From: Frankiaceae bacterium
Lineage (GTDB): Bacteria; Actinomycetota; Actinomycetes; Mycobacteriales; SCTD01
Assembly: GCA_031424715.1 (NCBI GenBank)
Contig: JANPHZ010000005.1
Location: 1 to 42,047, forward strand
Length of the DNA: 42,047 bases
Direction: 5' to 3'
Positions 16,241-24,250 of the stretch are shown in pieces (position 1 is the stretch's first letter; each line of letters begins with the position of its first letter). The notes beneath the pieces were generated by a model that did no database searches, was not told the origin of the DNA, and saw only the letters and a list, made by a program, of their open reading frames with translations. A program made the position numbers and the translations under genes.

Positions 16241-17310
16241 CGGGTCTCTCCGGTGCGGCAGGCCAGCAGGGGGTTGGTGGGGAACCGAGCGCAGTCGTAG
16301 TCATTGGTGCGTACGCCGACCTCGCGTACGCCGACCGGGCCGGCGTTGACCGGCGTGCGGACGTAGAGGTAGGTCCGGGCCTTCGGCGAGCAGTCGCTCC
16401 CGCCAGCGCCGGCGCCCGCCGCGGTCACCCCGCAGGTGCGCGCGAGCGGCGCCAACGCGCTGCGGGCTGGTGATGCGGGAGGCGCCGCGGTGCGATCTAC
16501 GGCCTGAGCCAGCGCTGTCCCGGCCGGCCGCAGCGCACGGGGCTGGGTCACCTGGGTGACCTCCGCGGCGGTGGTCTGCGTGGGGCGAGACAGTGCGGGA
16601 TCGGACGTCGGCGGCTGGCCTGGCAGGAGCATCAGCCCGCCCAGAGCGGCGACCCCGATCGCGGCGACGCTCAGCGCCGACCCCTTTGTCGCCGCCCGGT
16701 GCAGCGAGGCGAGCGCCGAGAGCCCGTGCAGCCCGGCCCAGGGCGCGAGCAGGGCCAGCCCGGCGTGCGGCAGGGTGCCGCCGCGCGCGGCGTACTCCTG
16801 GCGCAGGGCCTTGCGGGCCCGCATCAACACCGAGCGCACGGCCGGCTCGGTCATCCCGAAGCGCAGGCCGATCTCGTCGTACGACGCGCCCTCGACCTCG
16901 CGGGCCCACAGCACGGCGGCCTGCCGGGGGATGAGGGCGTCGAGGGCGTCCAAGGCGGTGCGGGCCTCGTCGCGGGCAACCACGACATCGGCGGTGTCGC
17001 GCTGGCGACGGTCGCCCTCGGGGACCTCGGAGACGGTGACCGTGCGGCCACGGACCCGCAACCGGTCGAGCACGAGGCGGCTGGTCACCACGTGGCACCA
17101 GGCGGCCAGCTCGTCCTCCGTCGCCAGTCGCTGGCTGCAGGCACGGAGCAGCGCCTCCTGCACCAGCTCCTCGGCCTCGTGCAGGTCACCGAGCCGGCGC
17201 GCGGCGAAGCGCTGCAACCGGGGGCGCAGGCGTAGGACGGCAGCCTCGAAGTCGAGCGGTTCGTCCTGGATGAGATGCAGGGCCGTCACGTTGCTCCTCC
17301 GATGGGGCAT
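16237..17310 (-). CDS. ECF (group 4) sigma-70 factor with a fused C-terminal TM helix and Cys-rich extracytoplasmic tail
   Basis: Region 2 (LHEAEELVQEALLRA) and region 4 (ASYDEIGLRFGMTEPAVRSVLMRARKALRQEY) occupy the first ~175 aa. A hydrophobic helix ALSVAAIGVAALGGLMLL follows. The ~120-aa Ala/Pro/Thr-rich tail ends in a 4-Cys segment (CGVTAAG...SDCSP...YDCARFPTNPLLAC). An alternative start is GTG 17289, which has GGAGGA 5 nt upstream. Confidence 0.8.
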   Translation of the reverse strand: MPHRRSNVTALHLIQDEPLDFEAAVLRLRPRLQRFAARRLGDLHEAEELVQEALLRACSQRLATEDELAAWCHVVTSRLVLDRLRVRGRTVTVSEVPEGDRRQRDTADVVVARDEARTALDALDALIPRQAAVLWAREVEGASYDEIGLRFGMTEPAVRSVLMRARKALRQEYAARGGTLPHAGLALLAPWAGLHGLSALASLHRAATKGSALSVAAIGVAALGGLMLLPGQPPTSDPALSRPTQTTAAEVTQVTQPRALRPAGTALAQAVDRTAAPPASPARSALAPLARTCGVTAAGAGAGGSDCSPKARTYLYVRTPVNAGPVGVREVGVRTNDYDCARFPTNPLLACRTGETR

Positions 17311-17318
17311 GCGTACCA

Positions 17319-17354
17319 GAAGGCCCGACCTCCGGACAGGGAGGTCGGGCCTTC
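17319..17354 (-). terminator. 15-bp hairpin between the small peptide gene and the sigma gene (terminator/attenuator candidate)
   Basis: GAAGGCCCGACCTCC (17319-17333) pairs with GGAGGTCGGGCCTTC (17340-17354), with a 6-nt loop. It lies 14 nt after the peptide stop codon on the minus strand. Confidence 0.55.
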
Positions 17355-17368
17355 GGCGCTGTCGGCGA

Positions 17369-17530
17369 CTAGGCCGGCGGGGCCACGCAGTTGGTGCCGT
17401 TGGTCGGGGCGGCGGTGCCGTTGACCGTGACGTTGGTCGTCAGGCAGGCCGAGGCGGCCATCGCGGGCGCTGCAGTGAGCCCGGTCAGGGCAACAGCGAG
17501 GGCAGAAACGGCGAGCAGCTTGCGAACCAC
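17369..17530 (-). CDS. 53-aa secreted two-cysteine peptide
   Basis: GTG 17530 lies 5 nt after GGAGG. The sequence is VVRKLLAVSALAVALTGLTAAPAMA|ASACLTTNVTVNGTAAPTNGTNCVAPPA. It has a Sec signal with an AxA site and a mature peptide of ~28 aa with 2 Cys. The track lists a longer 110-aa version whose N-terminal extension is Arg/Pro-rich and overlaps the upstream gene. Confidence 0.6.
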   Translation of the reverse strand: MVRKLLAVSALAVALTGLTAAPAMAASACLTTNVTVNGTAAPTNGTNCVAPPA

Positions 17531-17612
17531 GAGGGCCTCCGAGGGTGCGTGGGCGGCCGGTGTGCCGCCCTCACCCCCTTCAACGGGGGAAGGCTGGAAA
17601 CCTCGCGCGGAG

Positions 17613-19550
17613 TCAGGCAACAACCACCAGGACGGCGCCGGCCTCGACCTGACTGCCCGACTCGATGCGCACCTCGGTGACGGTCCCGTCGACCGCCGCA
17701 CGCACCGGGTGCTCCATCTTCATGGCCTCGAGGACGACCAGGACGTCACCGGCTTGCACGGCCGCTCCGACCTCGGCCGTGACCCTGACCACCGTGCCGG
17801 GCATCGGAGCGGCCAGCGAGCCGGCGGCCGCGCCCGTGCCCGGCTCCGGGAAGCGCGGGGTCTCGACCAGGACGCTGGACCCGAGGGGGCTGTCGACGTA
17901 GGCCGTATCGCCGACCTGGTGGACGTCCACCTGTCGTCGTACGCCGTCGACCTCCAGGTCGACCCTGTCGGCGGTGACCGACCACAGCCGCACGTCGACC
18001 GGTTCGCCACCGACCTGGACGACCAAACCGGTGCGGCGGAACGCATAGCCCACCTCGAGCTCGCCGTACGACGTGCGCTGCAGGGCGCTCGGGACGCTGC
18101 GCCAACCGCTCGGCAGTCCCGGCTGCGTGGACGCCGCTGCGCGCCGGGCTGCTGCCCCGGCCAGGGCTGCCGCGATCGCGTGCATGCGCTGGTCGGCCAG
18201 GAGCGGAGCGCCGATCTCGGCCGGGTCAACGCGGTCGAGGTAGCCGGTGTCGACCTCGCCCGCGAGCCACTCCGGCGAGCGCAGCACCCGCACGAGCAGA
18301 TCGCGGTTGGTCGTGACGCCGTGGATCCTGCTGCGCTGCAGGACCTCCGCGAGCCGGGCGCTCGCCGCCGCACGGGTGTCGGCGTGCACGATCACCTTGG
18401 CCAGCATGGCGTCGTAGTGCGTGCCGATGACCGAGCCGGTCTCCACCGCGCTGTCGACTCGCACGCCGTCGGGGACGTCGAAGCGCGCCAGGGTGCCGGT
18501 CGCCGGGAGGTAGCCGGCGGGGACGTCCTCGGCGTAGAGCCGGGCCTCGATGGCGTGTCCGGTCATGCTCGGCTCGAGGGCGGCAGCGGGCAGCGGATCC
18601 CCCTGCGCCACAGCGATCTGCAGCGCCACCAGGTCCAGCCCGGTGATGAACTCGGTGACGGGGTGCTCGACTTGCAGCCGAGTGTTCATCTCGAGGAAGG
18701 CGGGCTCGCCGTCGGCGCTGACGACGAACTCGACGGTGCCTGCTCCGCGGTAACTGACCGCTCGAGCGGCCGCGACCGAGGCCTCGCAAAGCCGCTGGCG
18801 CAGGGCGGCGTCGACGACCGGTGAGGGCGCCTCCTCGATGACCTTCTGGTGCCGGCGCTGCAGCGAGCAGTCGCGCTCGAACAGCGCGACCACGTTGTCG
18901 TGGTCGTCGGCGAACACCTGCACCTCGATGTGCTTGGGCTGGTCGAGGTAGCGCTCGAGGAAGACGGTGCCGTTGCCGAAGGCCGCTTCGGCCTCCCGGC
19001 GGGCCCCGTGCACGGCTTCGACCAGCTCGGCCTCGGTGCGCACGATCCGCATGCCTCGGCCGCCACCGCCGTACGACGCCTTGACCAGCACCGGGTAGCC
19101 GATCCGCTCGGCGACCGACAGCGCCGTCATCGGGTCGACCTCGCCACCGGCGAGCACGGGCACGCCGGCGGCTGCCATCAGCTCCTTCGCCGCGAGCTTG
19201 GAGCCCATCGCCTCGACCGCCTCGGGTGGCGGGCCGATCCAGGTCAGCCCGGCCGCGATCACGGCCCGAGCGAAGGACGCGTCCTCGGACAGGAACCCGT
19301 AGCCGGGGTGGATCGCGTCGGCACCGGTGCGAGCTGCGGCCGCGAGGATCAGGTCGCCGCGCAGGTAGGTGTCCGCTGGGGCAGACCCCGGCAGGCGTAC
19401 GGCGCCGTCGGCCTCGTGGGCGAACGGCGCATCGGCGTCTGCGTCGGAGAAGACGGCGACGGTGGCGATCCCGAGGTCGCGGCAGGTACGGAAGACCCGA
19501 CGGGCGATCTCGCCGCGGTTGGCCACCAGAATGCTTCCGATACGGCTCAC
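17613..19550 (-). CDS. Acyl-CoA carboxylase alpha subunit (biotin carboxylase + BCCP), methylcrotonyl-CoA carboxylase-like
   Basis: The biotin carboxylase N-terminus is ILVANRGEIARRV and an ATP-grasp core follows. The C-terminal biotinyl motif is VLEAMKMEH. The start is ambiguous (GTG 19550, 19559 or 19577). It is adjacent to the carboxyltransferase and acyl-CoA dehydrogenase genes. Confidence 0.9.
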   Translation of the reverse strand: MSRIGSILVANRGEIARRVFRTCRDLGIATVAVFSDADADAPFAHEADGAVRLPGSAPADTYLRGDLILAAAARTGADAIHPGYGFLSEDASFARAVIAAGLTWIGPPPEAVEAMGSKLAAKELMAAAGVPVLAGGEVDPMTALSVAERIGYPVLVKASYGGGGRGMRIVRTEAELVEAVHGARREAEAAFGNGTVFLERYLDQPKHIEVQVFADDHDNVVALFERDCSLQRRHQKVIEEAPSPVVDAALRQRLCEASVAAARAVSYRGAGTVEFVVSADGEPAFLEMNTRLQVEHPVTEFITGLDLVALQIAVAQGDPLPAAALEPSMTGHAIEARLYAEDVPAGYLPATGTLARFDVPDGVRVDSAVETGSVIGTHYDAMLAKVIVHADTRAAASARLAEVLQRSRIHGVTTNRDLLVRVLRSPEWLAGEVDTGYLDRVDPAEIGAPLLADQRMHAIAAALAGAAARRAAASTQPGLPSGWRSVPSALQRTSYGELEVGYAFRRTGLVVQVGGEPVDVRLWSVTADRVDLEVDGVRRQVDVHQVGDTAYVDSPLGSSVLVETPRFPEPGTGAAAGSLAAPMPGTVVRVTAEVGAAVQAGDVLVVLEAMKMEHPVRAAVDGTVTEVRIESGSQVEAGAVLVVVA

Positions 19551-19560
19551 GGCTGCCACA

Positions 19561-21159
19561 TCACATCCGGAAGACACCGAAGCCGCGGGCGCCGCGGACC
19601 TCGGTGGTGTGGACGACGGACAGGGCCAGTCCGAGCACGGTGCGGGTGTCGCGCGGGTCGATGATGCCGTCGTCGTAGACCCGGCCCGAGTTGGCGAGCG
19701 CCAACGACTCCGACTCGATCTGCGCCTCGACCAGTTCGCGCATCTGCGCGTCCTTCTCCTCGTCGTAGGGCAGGCCGCGGGCCTCGGCCGACTGGCGGCT
19801 CACGATCGACAGCACGCCCGCGAGCTGGGCGGGTCCCATCACCGCCGACTTGGCGTTGGGCCAGGAGAACAGGAAGCGGGGCCCGTAGGCCCGTCCGCAC
19901 ATGCCGTAGTGCCCGGCGCCGTAGGACGCCCCGAGGATCAGCGTCAGGTGCGGGACGGTGCTGTTGGACACCGCGTTGATCATCTTGGCGCCGTCCTTGA
20001 TGATCCCGTTCTGCTCGTACTCCTTGCCGACCATGTAGCCGGTGGTGTTCTGCAGGAACACCAAGGGCGTGTCGGCGCTGTTGGCCAGCTGGATGAACTG
20101 CGCGGCCTTCTCCGACTCCTCGCTGAAGAGCACCCCGCGGGCGTTGGCCAGGATGCCGACGGGGTAGCCGTGGATCGAGGCCCAGCCGGTGACGAGCGAC
20201 GTGCCGTAGAGCGGCTTGAACTCGTCGAAGCGCGACCCGTCCACCACGCGGGCGAGGACGTCGCGCGGGTCGAAGGGCACCCGCAGGTCAGCGCTGGCGA
20301 TGGCGAGCAGCTCGTCCTCATCGTGCAGTGGCGGGTCGTCCGGCTGGCTCGGCCCGGGACCGGCCTTGCGCCAGTTGAGGCGCGCGACGATGGAGCGACC
20401 GATGCGGATCGCGTCGAGCTCGTCCTCGGCGAGGTGGTCGGCCAGACCGCTGGTCCGGGCGTGCATCTCTGCGCCACCGAGTGACTCGTCGTCGCTGTCC
20501 TCACCCGTCGCCATCTTCACCAGGGGCGGTCCACCCAGGAACACCTTGGCGCGCTCCTTGACCATCACCACGTGGTCGCACATGCCGGGCACGTAGGCGC
20601 CCCCGGCGGTGCTGTTGCCGAACACCAGCGCGATGGTGGGGATGCGCGCCGCACTGAACTGCGTGAGGTTGCGGAACATCCCGCCGCCGGGGATGAAGAT
20701 CTCAGCCTGCGTCGGGAGGTCCGCGCCGCCGGACTCGACGAGCGTGACGAGCGGCAGCCGGTTCTCGCGGGCGATCTCCATGGCCCGACCGGTCTTCTTA
20801 GCCGTCATGGGGTTGGTCGCCCCGCCGCGCACGGTGGGGTCGTTGGCGATGAGCATGCACTCGACGCCCTCGATCACGCCGATGCCGGTGACCGTGCTGG
20901 CGCCCACCGGAAAGCTGCTGCCGTACGCCGCCAACGGCGACAGCTCGAGAAACGCGCTGTCCCGGTCGATGAGGAGCTCGATGCGCTCGCGGGGCAGGAG
21001 CTTGCCTCGGCCCCGGTGCCGTTCGACGTACTTCGGACCCCCGCCGCCGCGGGCCGCGTCGAGATGCGTCTCGAGGTCGGCGAGCAGCGACAGCATCGCC
21101 TCGCGGTTGGCGTCGTACGCCGGGTCCCTGCGGTCGAGCCGGTCGGCCAGCACGGGCAC
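19561..21159 (-). CDS. Acyl-CoA carboxylase carboxyltransferase (beta) subunit, methylcrotonyl-CoA carboxylase-like
   Basis: The carboxyltransferase domain pattern runs throughout (GGGARMQEG-type region, FAWPNA-like SWPNAKSAVMG). I chose the start at GTG 21159, after GGGAGGTGG. The track start at 21369 would overlap the divergent gene and reads as non-coding-like sequence. Confidence 0.88.
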   Translation of the reverse strand: MPVLADRLDRRDPAYDANREAMLSLLADLETHLDAARGGGGPKYVERHRGRGKLLPRERIELLIDRDSAFLELSPLAAYGSSFPVGASTVTGIGVIEGVECMLIANDPTVRGGATNPMTAKKTGRAMEIARENRLPLVTLVESGGADLPTQAEIFIPGGGMFRNLTQFSAARIPTIALVFGNSTAGGAYVPGMCDHVVMVKERAKVFLGGPPLVKMATGEDSDDESLGGAEMHARTSGLADHLAEDELDAIRIGRSIVARLNWRKAGPGPSQPDDPPLHDEDELLAIASADLRVPFDPRDVLARVVDGSRFDEFKPLYGTSLVTGWASIHGYPVGILANARGVLFSEESEKAAQFIQLANSADTPLVFLQNTTGYMVGKEYEQNGIIKDGAKMINAVSNSTVPHLTLILGASYGAGHYGMCGRAYGPRFLFSWPNAKSAVMGPAQLAGVLSIVSRQSAEARGLPYDEEKDAQMRELVEAQIESESLALANSGRVYDDGIIDPRDTRTVLGLALSVVHTTEVRGARGFGVFRM

Positions 21160-21183
21160 GGACCCACCTCCCTCGCTCCGGTT

Positions 21184-21204
21184 GTGAACGGCGGCTAACG
21201 TAGC
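21184..21204. promoter_or_regulatory. Putative TetR operator copy 1 (GTGAACGGCGGCTAACGTAGC)
   Basis: Located in the 49-nt divergent promoter region between the carboxyltransferase gene and the acyl-CoA dehydrogenase gene. It is 17/21 identical to the reverse complement of 23426-23446 and contains the palindromic core GCTA-N3-TAGC. Confidence 0.5.
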
Positions 21205-21208
21205 GCGC

Positions 21209-22351
21209 ATGAAGTCAACGCTGTACGAAGCAGAGCACGAGGCCTTTCGCGACGCGGTGCGGGGCTTCTTCGACAAGCATGTGAAGCCGTTCCACGCCGA
21301 GTGGGAGAAGGCCGGGATCGTCGACCGCGAGGTGTGGGTCGAGGCCGGCAAGCAGGGTCTGCTCGGCATGGATGTCCCAGAGCAGTACGGCGGCGGTGGT
21401 GTGAAGGACTTCCGCTACAACTGCGTCGTCGGCGAGGAGACGACCCGGGCCGGGGCGAGCGGCATCGGCTTCACGTTGCACAACGACGTGGTCGCGCCCT
21501 ACCTGCTCAACCTCACGACGGACGAGCAGAAGCAGCGCTGGCTGCCGCGCTTCACCAGCGGCAAGATGATCACGGCCATCGCCATGAGCGAGCCGGGAGC
21601 GGGCTCGGACCTGCAGGGCGTGAAGACCTCCGCGCGCCGGGATGGCTCCGACTTCGTCATCAACGGCTCGAAGACGTTCATCACCAACGGGATCAACAGC
21701 GACCTGGTGATCGTCGTGTGCCAGACCGACCCGGAGGCGGGGGCGCGCGGCTACAGCCTCATTGCCGTCGAGCGTGGGATGCCCGGCTTCGAGCGCGGCA
21801 AGAACCTCGACAAGATGGGCATGCACGCGCAGGACACCGCCGAGCTGTTCTTCCAGGACGTGCGGGTGCCCGCCGACAACCTCATCGGTGAGCTCAACGG
21901 TGGCTTCATCCACCTCATGAACGCGCTGCCCCAGGAGCGACTGTCCATCGCCGTCGTCGCCGTGGCCGCGGCCCGCAAGGTCTTCGACCTGACCCTGGAC
22001 TACTGCAAGGAGCGCAAGGCGTTCGGCCGGGCCATCGGCTCGTTCCAGTACAACCGCTTCATGCTGGCCGAGATGGCGACCGAGATCGAGTTGGCTGAGG
22101 TCTACATCGAAAAGGCAGTCACCGAGCACAACGCCGGACGCTTCACCGTGCAGGACGCGGCGATGGCCAAGTGGTGGACGACCGAGATGCAGAAGCGGGT
22201 CGTCGACCGCTGCGTGCAGCTGCACGGCGGCTACGGCTACATGTCGGAGTTCTCCGTCGCGAGGGCTTTCACCGACTCGCGCGTGCAGACCATCTACGGC
22301 GGGACGACCGAGATCATGAAGGAGATCATCGGCCGGTCGCTCGGTGTCTGA
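21209..22351 (+). CDS. Acyl-CoA dehydrogenase
   Basis: 380 aa with typical ACAD blocks (AMSEPGAGSDL, FITNG, the catalytic-base region YGGTTEIMKEIIGR). It is divergent from the carboxylase operon, so a branched-chain (isovaleryl-type) substrate is plausible but not shown. Confidence 0.9.
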   Translation: MKSTLYEAEHEAFRDAVRGFFDKHVKPFHAEWEKAGIVDREVWVEAGKQGLLGMDVPEQYGGGGVKDFRYNCVVGEETTRAGASGIGFTLHNDVVAPYLLNLTTDEQKQRWLPRFTSGKMITAIAMSEPGAGSDLQGVKTSARRDGSDFVINGSKTFITNGINSDLVIVVCQTDPEAGARGYSLIAVERGMPGFERGKNLDKMGMHAQDTAELFFQDVRVPADNLIGELNGGFIHLMNALPQERLSIAVVAVAAARKVFDLTLDYCKERKAFGRAIGSFQYNRFMLAEMATEIELAEVYIEKAVTEHNAGRFTVQDAAMAKWWTTEMQKRVVDRCVQLHGGYGYMSEFSVARAFTDSRVQTIYGGTTEIMKEIIGRSLGV

Positions 22352-22856
22352 CCCGGCGAACGTCCGGGCCTACGTCGCCTCGGTCGCGCGCGACGAGTTC
22401 ACCGGCGACCTGCCACCGCACTGGCCCACCTGCCTCGGCTGCGGCCCCGACAACCCCCACGGCTTCCACCTGCAGGTGCGGCGTGAGGGCAATGAGGTCG
22501 TCGCCGAGCACATCTTCGCCGAGCACCACAGCGGTGCACCGGGCATCGCGCACGGCGGGGCGGTAGCGACCGTCGTCGACGACGTGCTGGGGTTCATGCT
22601 CTTCGTCGTACGGATCGCGGGGGTCACCCGGCACCTGGAGGTCGACTACCTCAAGCCGGTGCTCACGGGCGTGCCGTATGTCATCCGGGCCAGGATGGAC
22701 TCGCAGGACGGGCGCAAGCTCTGGCTGTCCTGCGCGTGCACGGCTCCGGACGGCACCGTCACCTTCACCGCCAAGGCGCTCTTCCTCGAGGTCAAGCTCG
22801 AGCACTTCGCCGCGGCGCTCGGCGCCGGTGGCGGAGCCGAGCCGGTCGCTCCCTAG
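22344..22856 (+). CDS. PaaI/hotdog-fold thioesterase family protein
   Basis: 170 aa with HGGAVATVVDDVLG, characteristic of the PaaI/4HBT hotdog family. Its start overlaps the stop of the upstream ACAD by 8 nt. Confidence 0.75.
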   Translation: MSDPANVRAYVASVARDEFTGDLPPHWPTCLGCGPDNPHGFHLQVRREGNEVVAEHIFAEHHSGAPGIAHGGAVATVVDDVLGFMLFVVRIAGVTRHLEVDYLKPVLTGVPYVIRARMDSQDGRKLWLSCACTAPDGTVTFTAKALFLEVKLEHFAAALGAGGGAEPVAP

Positions 22857-23422
22857 CGGACGACGAGCGCGGCCCAGGCCATCCGGCGCAGCAGGGTGCG
22901 CAGGCGCTCGGCCGGAACCGTCGGGTCGACCACCGCGGTGGCGTTAAGCATCGTCAGCGTGGCAGTGACCGCGACCGCGACCTCGCCCTCGTCGAGGTCG
23001 TCGCGCAGTCGGGCCAGCACCTGTCGCCACGGCTGCTCATAGGCCCGCTGCCGACGACGAAGGGACCGGCGGACCTCGGGCGAGAGCGCACGCTGCTCGC
23101 GGACCCACACCCCGATGAGTACCCGCCGGGCGACCGCGAAGTCGACGTGCAGCTCGACCATCGCGCGCAGGGCCTCGGCGGGGTCGTCGTGCTGCGCCGA
23201 GATGCCCTGCACGCCCGCGAGCATGATGTCGACACCCCGCTCGCACAGCGCTTCAAGGATCGCCTGCTTGCTGGCGAAGTGCCGATAGACCCCGGGGCCG
23301 CTGATCCCGGCGGCGTTGCCGATGTCGTCGATCCCGACGTCGTGGAAGCCGTGCGCAGCGAACAGCTCGGCGGCGGCGGCGAGCAGCAGCTCGCGCCGGG
23401 CAGGAGCTGCGGTCACGGGCAC
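22853..23422 (-). CDS. TetR/AcrR family transcriptional regulator
   Basis: 189 aa with an N-terminal HTH (LLAAAAELFAAHGFHDVGIDDIGNAAGISGPGVYRHFASKQAIL). Confidence 0.9.
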   Translation of the reverse strand: MPVTAAPARRELLLAAAAELFAAHGFHDVGIDDIGNAAGISGPGVYRHFASKQAILEALCERGVDIMLAGVQGISAQHDDPAEALRAMVELHVDFAVARRVLIGVWVREQRALSPEVRRSLRRRQRAYEQPWRQVLARLRDDLDEGEVAVAVTATLTMLNATAVVDPTVPAERLRTLLRRMAWAALVVR

Positions 23423-23425
23423 GGG

Positions 23426-23446
23426 GCTAGGTTAGCGTCGGTTCAC
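23426..23446. promoter_or_regulatory. Putative TetR operator copy 2 (GCTAGGTTAGCGTCGGTTCAC)
   Basis: It begins 4 nt upstream of the TetR start codon, in the divergent region toward the DinB-like/ACAD genes. It is the reverse-complement match of copy 1 (17/21) and has a GCTA-N3-TAGC core. Confidence 0.5.
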
Positions 23447-23461
23447 CCGCCACCGAGCCCG

Positions 23462-24250
23462 CTGGAGCCGGCCATCGCCACCGACCACGCGCCGCTGTTC
23501 GACGACCTGCGTGCCGAGCAAGCCGATCTGGCTGCCCTGCTCGCCGACGCCGACCTGGACTGCCCGACCCCTGCGGAGGGCTGGAACGTCCGCGACGCGG
23601 TGAGCCACCTGGCCGGGTCGGACGAAGAGGCGCTGCTGTCCGCCACCGACCCCGAGGCTTTCGTCGCCAAGCTGCCGACGATCGCCGCGGACATCGCGGG
23701 CTTCTTGACGGGGCAGCGCACGGTGCGCGCAGGGTTGAGCAAGGCCGACCTGCTGGCCCAGTGGCAGGAGGGCTTCGACCGGATGGTCGCGGCGTTCGCG
23801 GAGGTGGCGCCCGGGACCAAGCTGCCGTGGTACGGCCCGCCGATGAGCCCGGCGTCCTTCGCCACGGCCCGGTTGATGGAGTACTGGGCGCACGGGCAGG
23901 ACGTCGTCGACGGGCTGGGACGACAGCGGCCGGGGACGGACCGGCTGCGCCACATCTGCCACTTGGGCTACCGCACGCGAGGCTTCGCCTACGTCAACCG
24001 TGGTCTCGCGCCGCCGCAGGAAGACGTGCTCGTGCGCCTCACCGCACCGTCCGGGCAGACCTGGGAGTACGGCGACGCCGCTGCCGCCAACACCGTCACC
24101 GGGTCGGCGCTGGACTTCTGCCTGCTCGTCACCCAGCGCAGGCACCGCGACGACACCGACCTGATCGCCAGCGGCGACGCGGCACACGAGTGGCTCACTC
24201 TCGCGCAGGCCTTCGCCGGCCCGCCCGGATCCGGCAGGAGTGTGGCATGA
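23462..24250 (+). CDS. DinB_2 / mycothiol-dependent maleylpyruvate-isomerase-like metal-binding protein (TIGR03084-like)
   Basis: PLFDDLRAEQADLAALLA...GWNVRDAVSHLAGSD...ARLMEYWAHGQDV matches my recollection of the TIGR03084/MDMPI_N pattern. The 5' end is uncertain because there is no in-frame ATG/GTG/TTG between the TetR start and the conserved N-terminus. 23462 is a CTG. Confidence 0.7.
   Translation: MEPAIATDHAPLFDDLRAEQADLAALLADADLDCPTPAEGWNVRDAVSHLAGSDEEALLSATDPEAFVAKLPTIAADIAGFLTGQRTVRAGLSKADLLAQWQEGFDRMVAAFAEVAPGTKLPWYGPPMSPASFATARLMEYWAHGQDVVDGLGRQRPGTDRLRHICHLGYRTRGFAYVNRGLAPPQEDVLVRLTAPSGQTWEYGDAAAANTVTGSALDFCLLVTQRRHRDDTDLIASGDAAHEWLTLAQAFAGPPGSGRSVA

Noticed and set aside
17369-17701. 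The 110-aa version of the small peptide ORF given in the track.
   Set aside because: Its N-terminal 57 residues are Arg/Pro/Ser-rich and overlap the 3' end of the carboxylase alpha gene. A GGAGG-GTG start at 17530 gives a clean signal peptide.
19561-21369. The 602-aa version of the carboxyltransferase, starting at 21369.
   Set aside because: The first ~70 residues (MPSRPCLPASTHTSRST...) are non-homologous and would overlap the divergent acyl-CoA dehydrogenase start and the shared promoter. GTG 21159 has a GGGAGGTGG RBS and gives the usual ~530-aa length.
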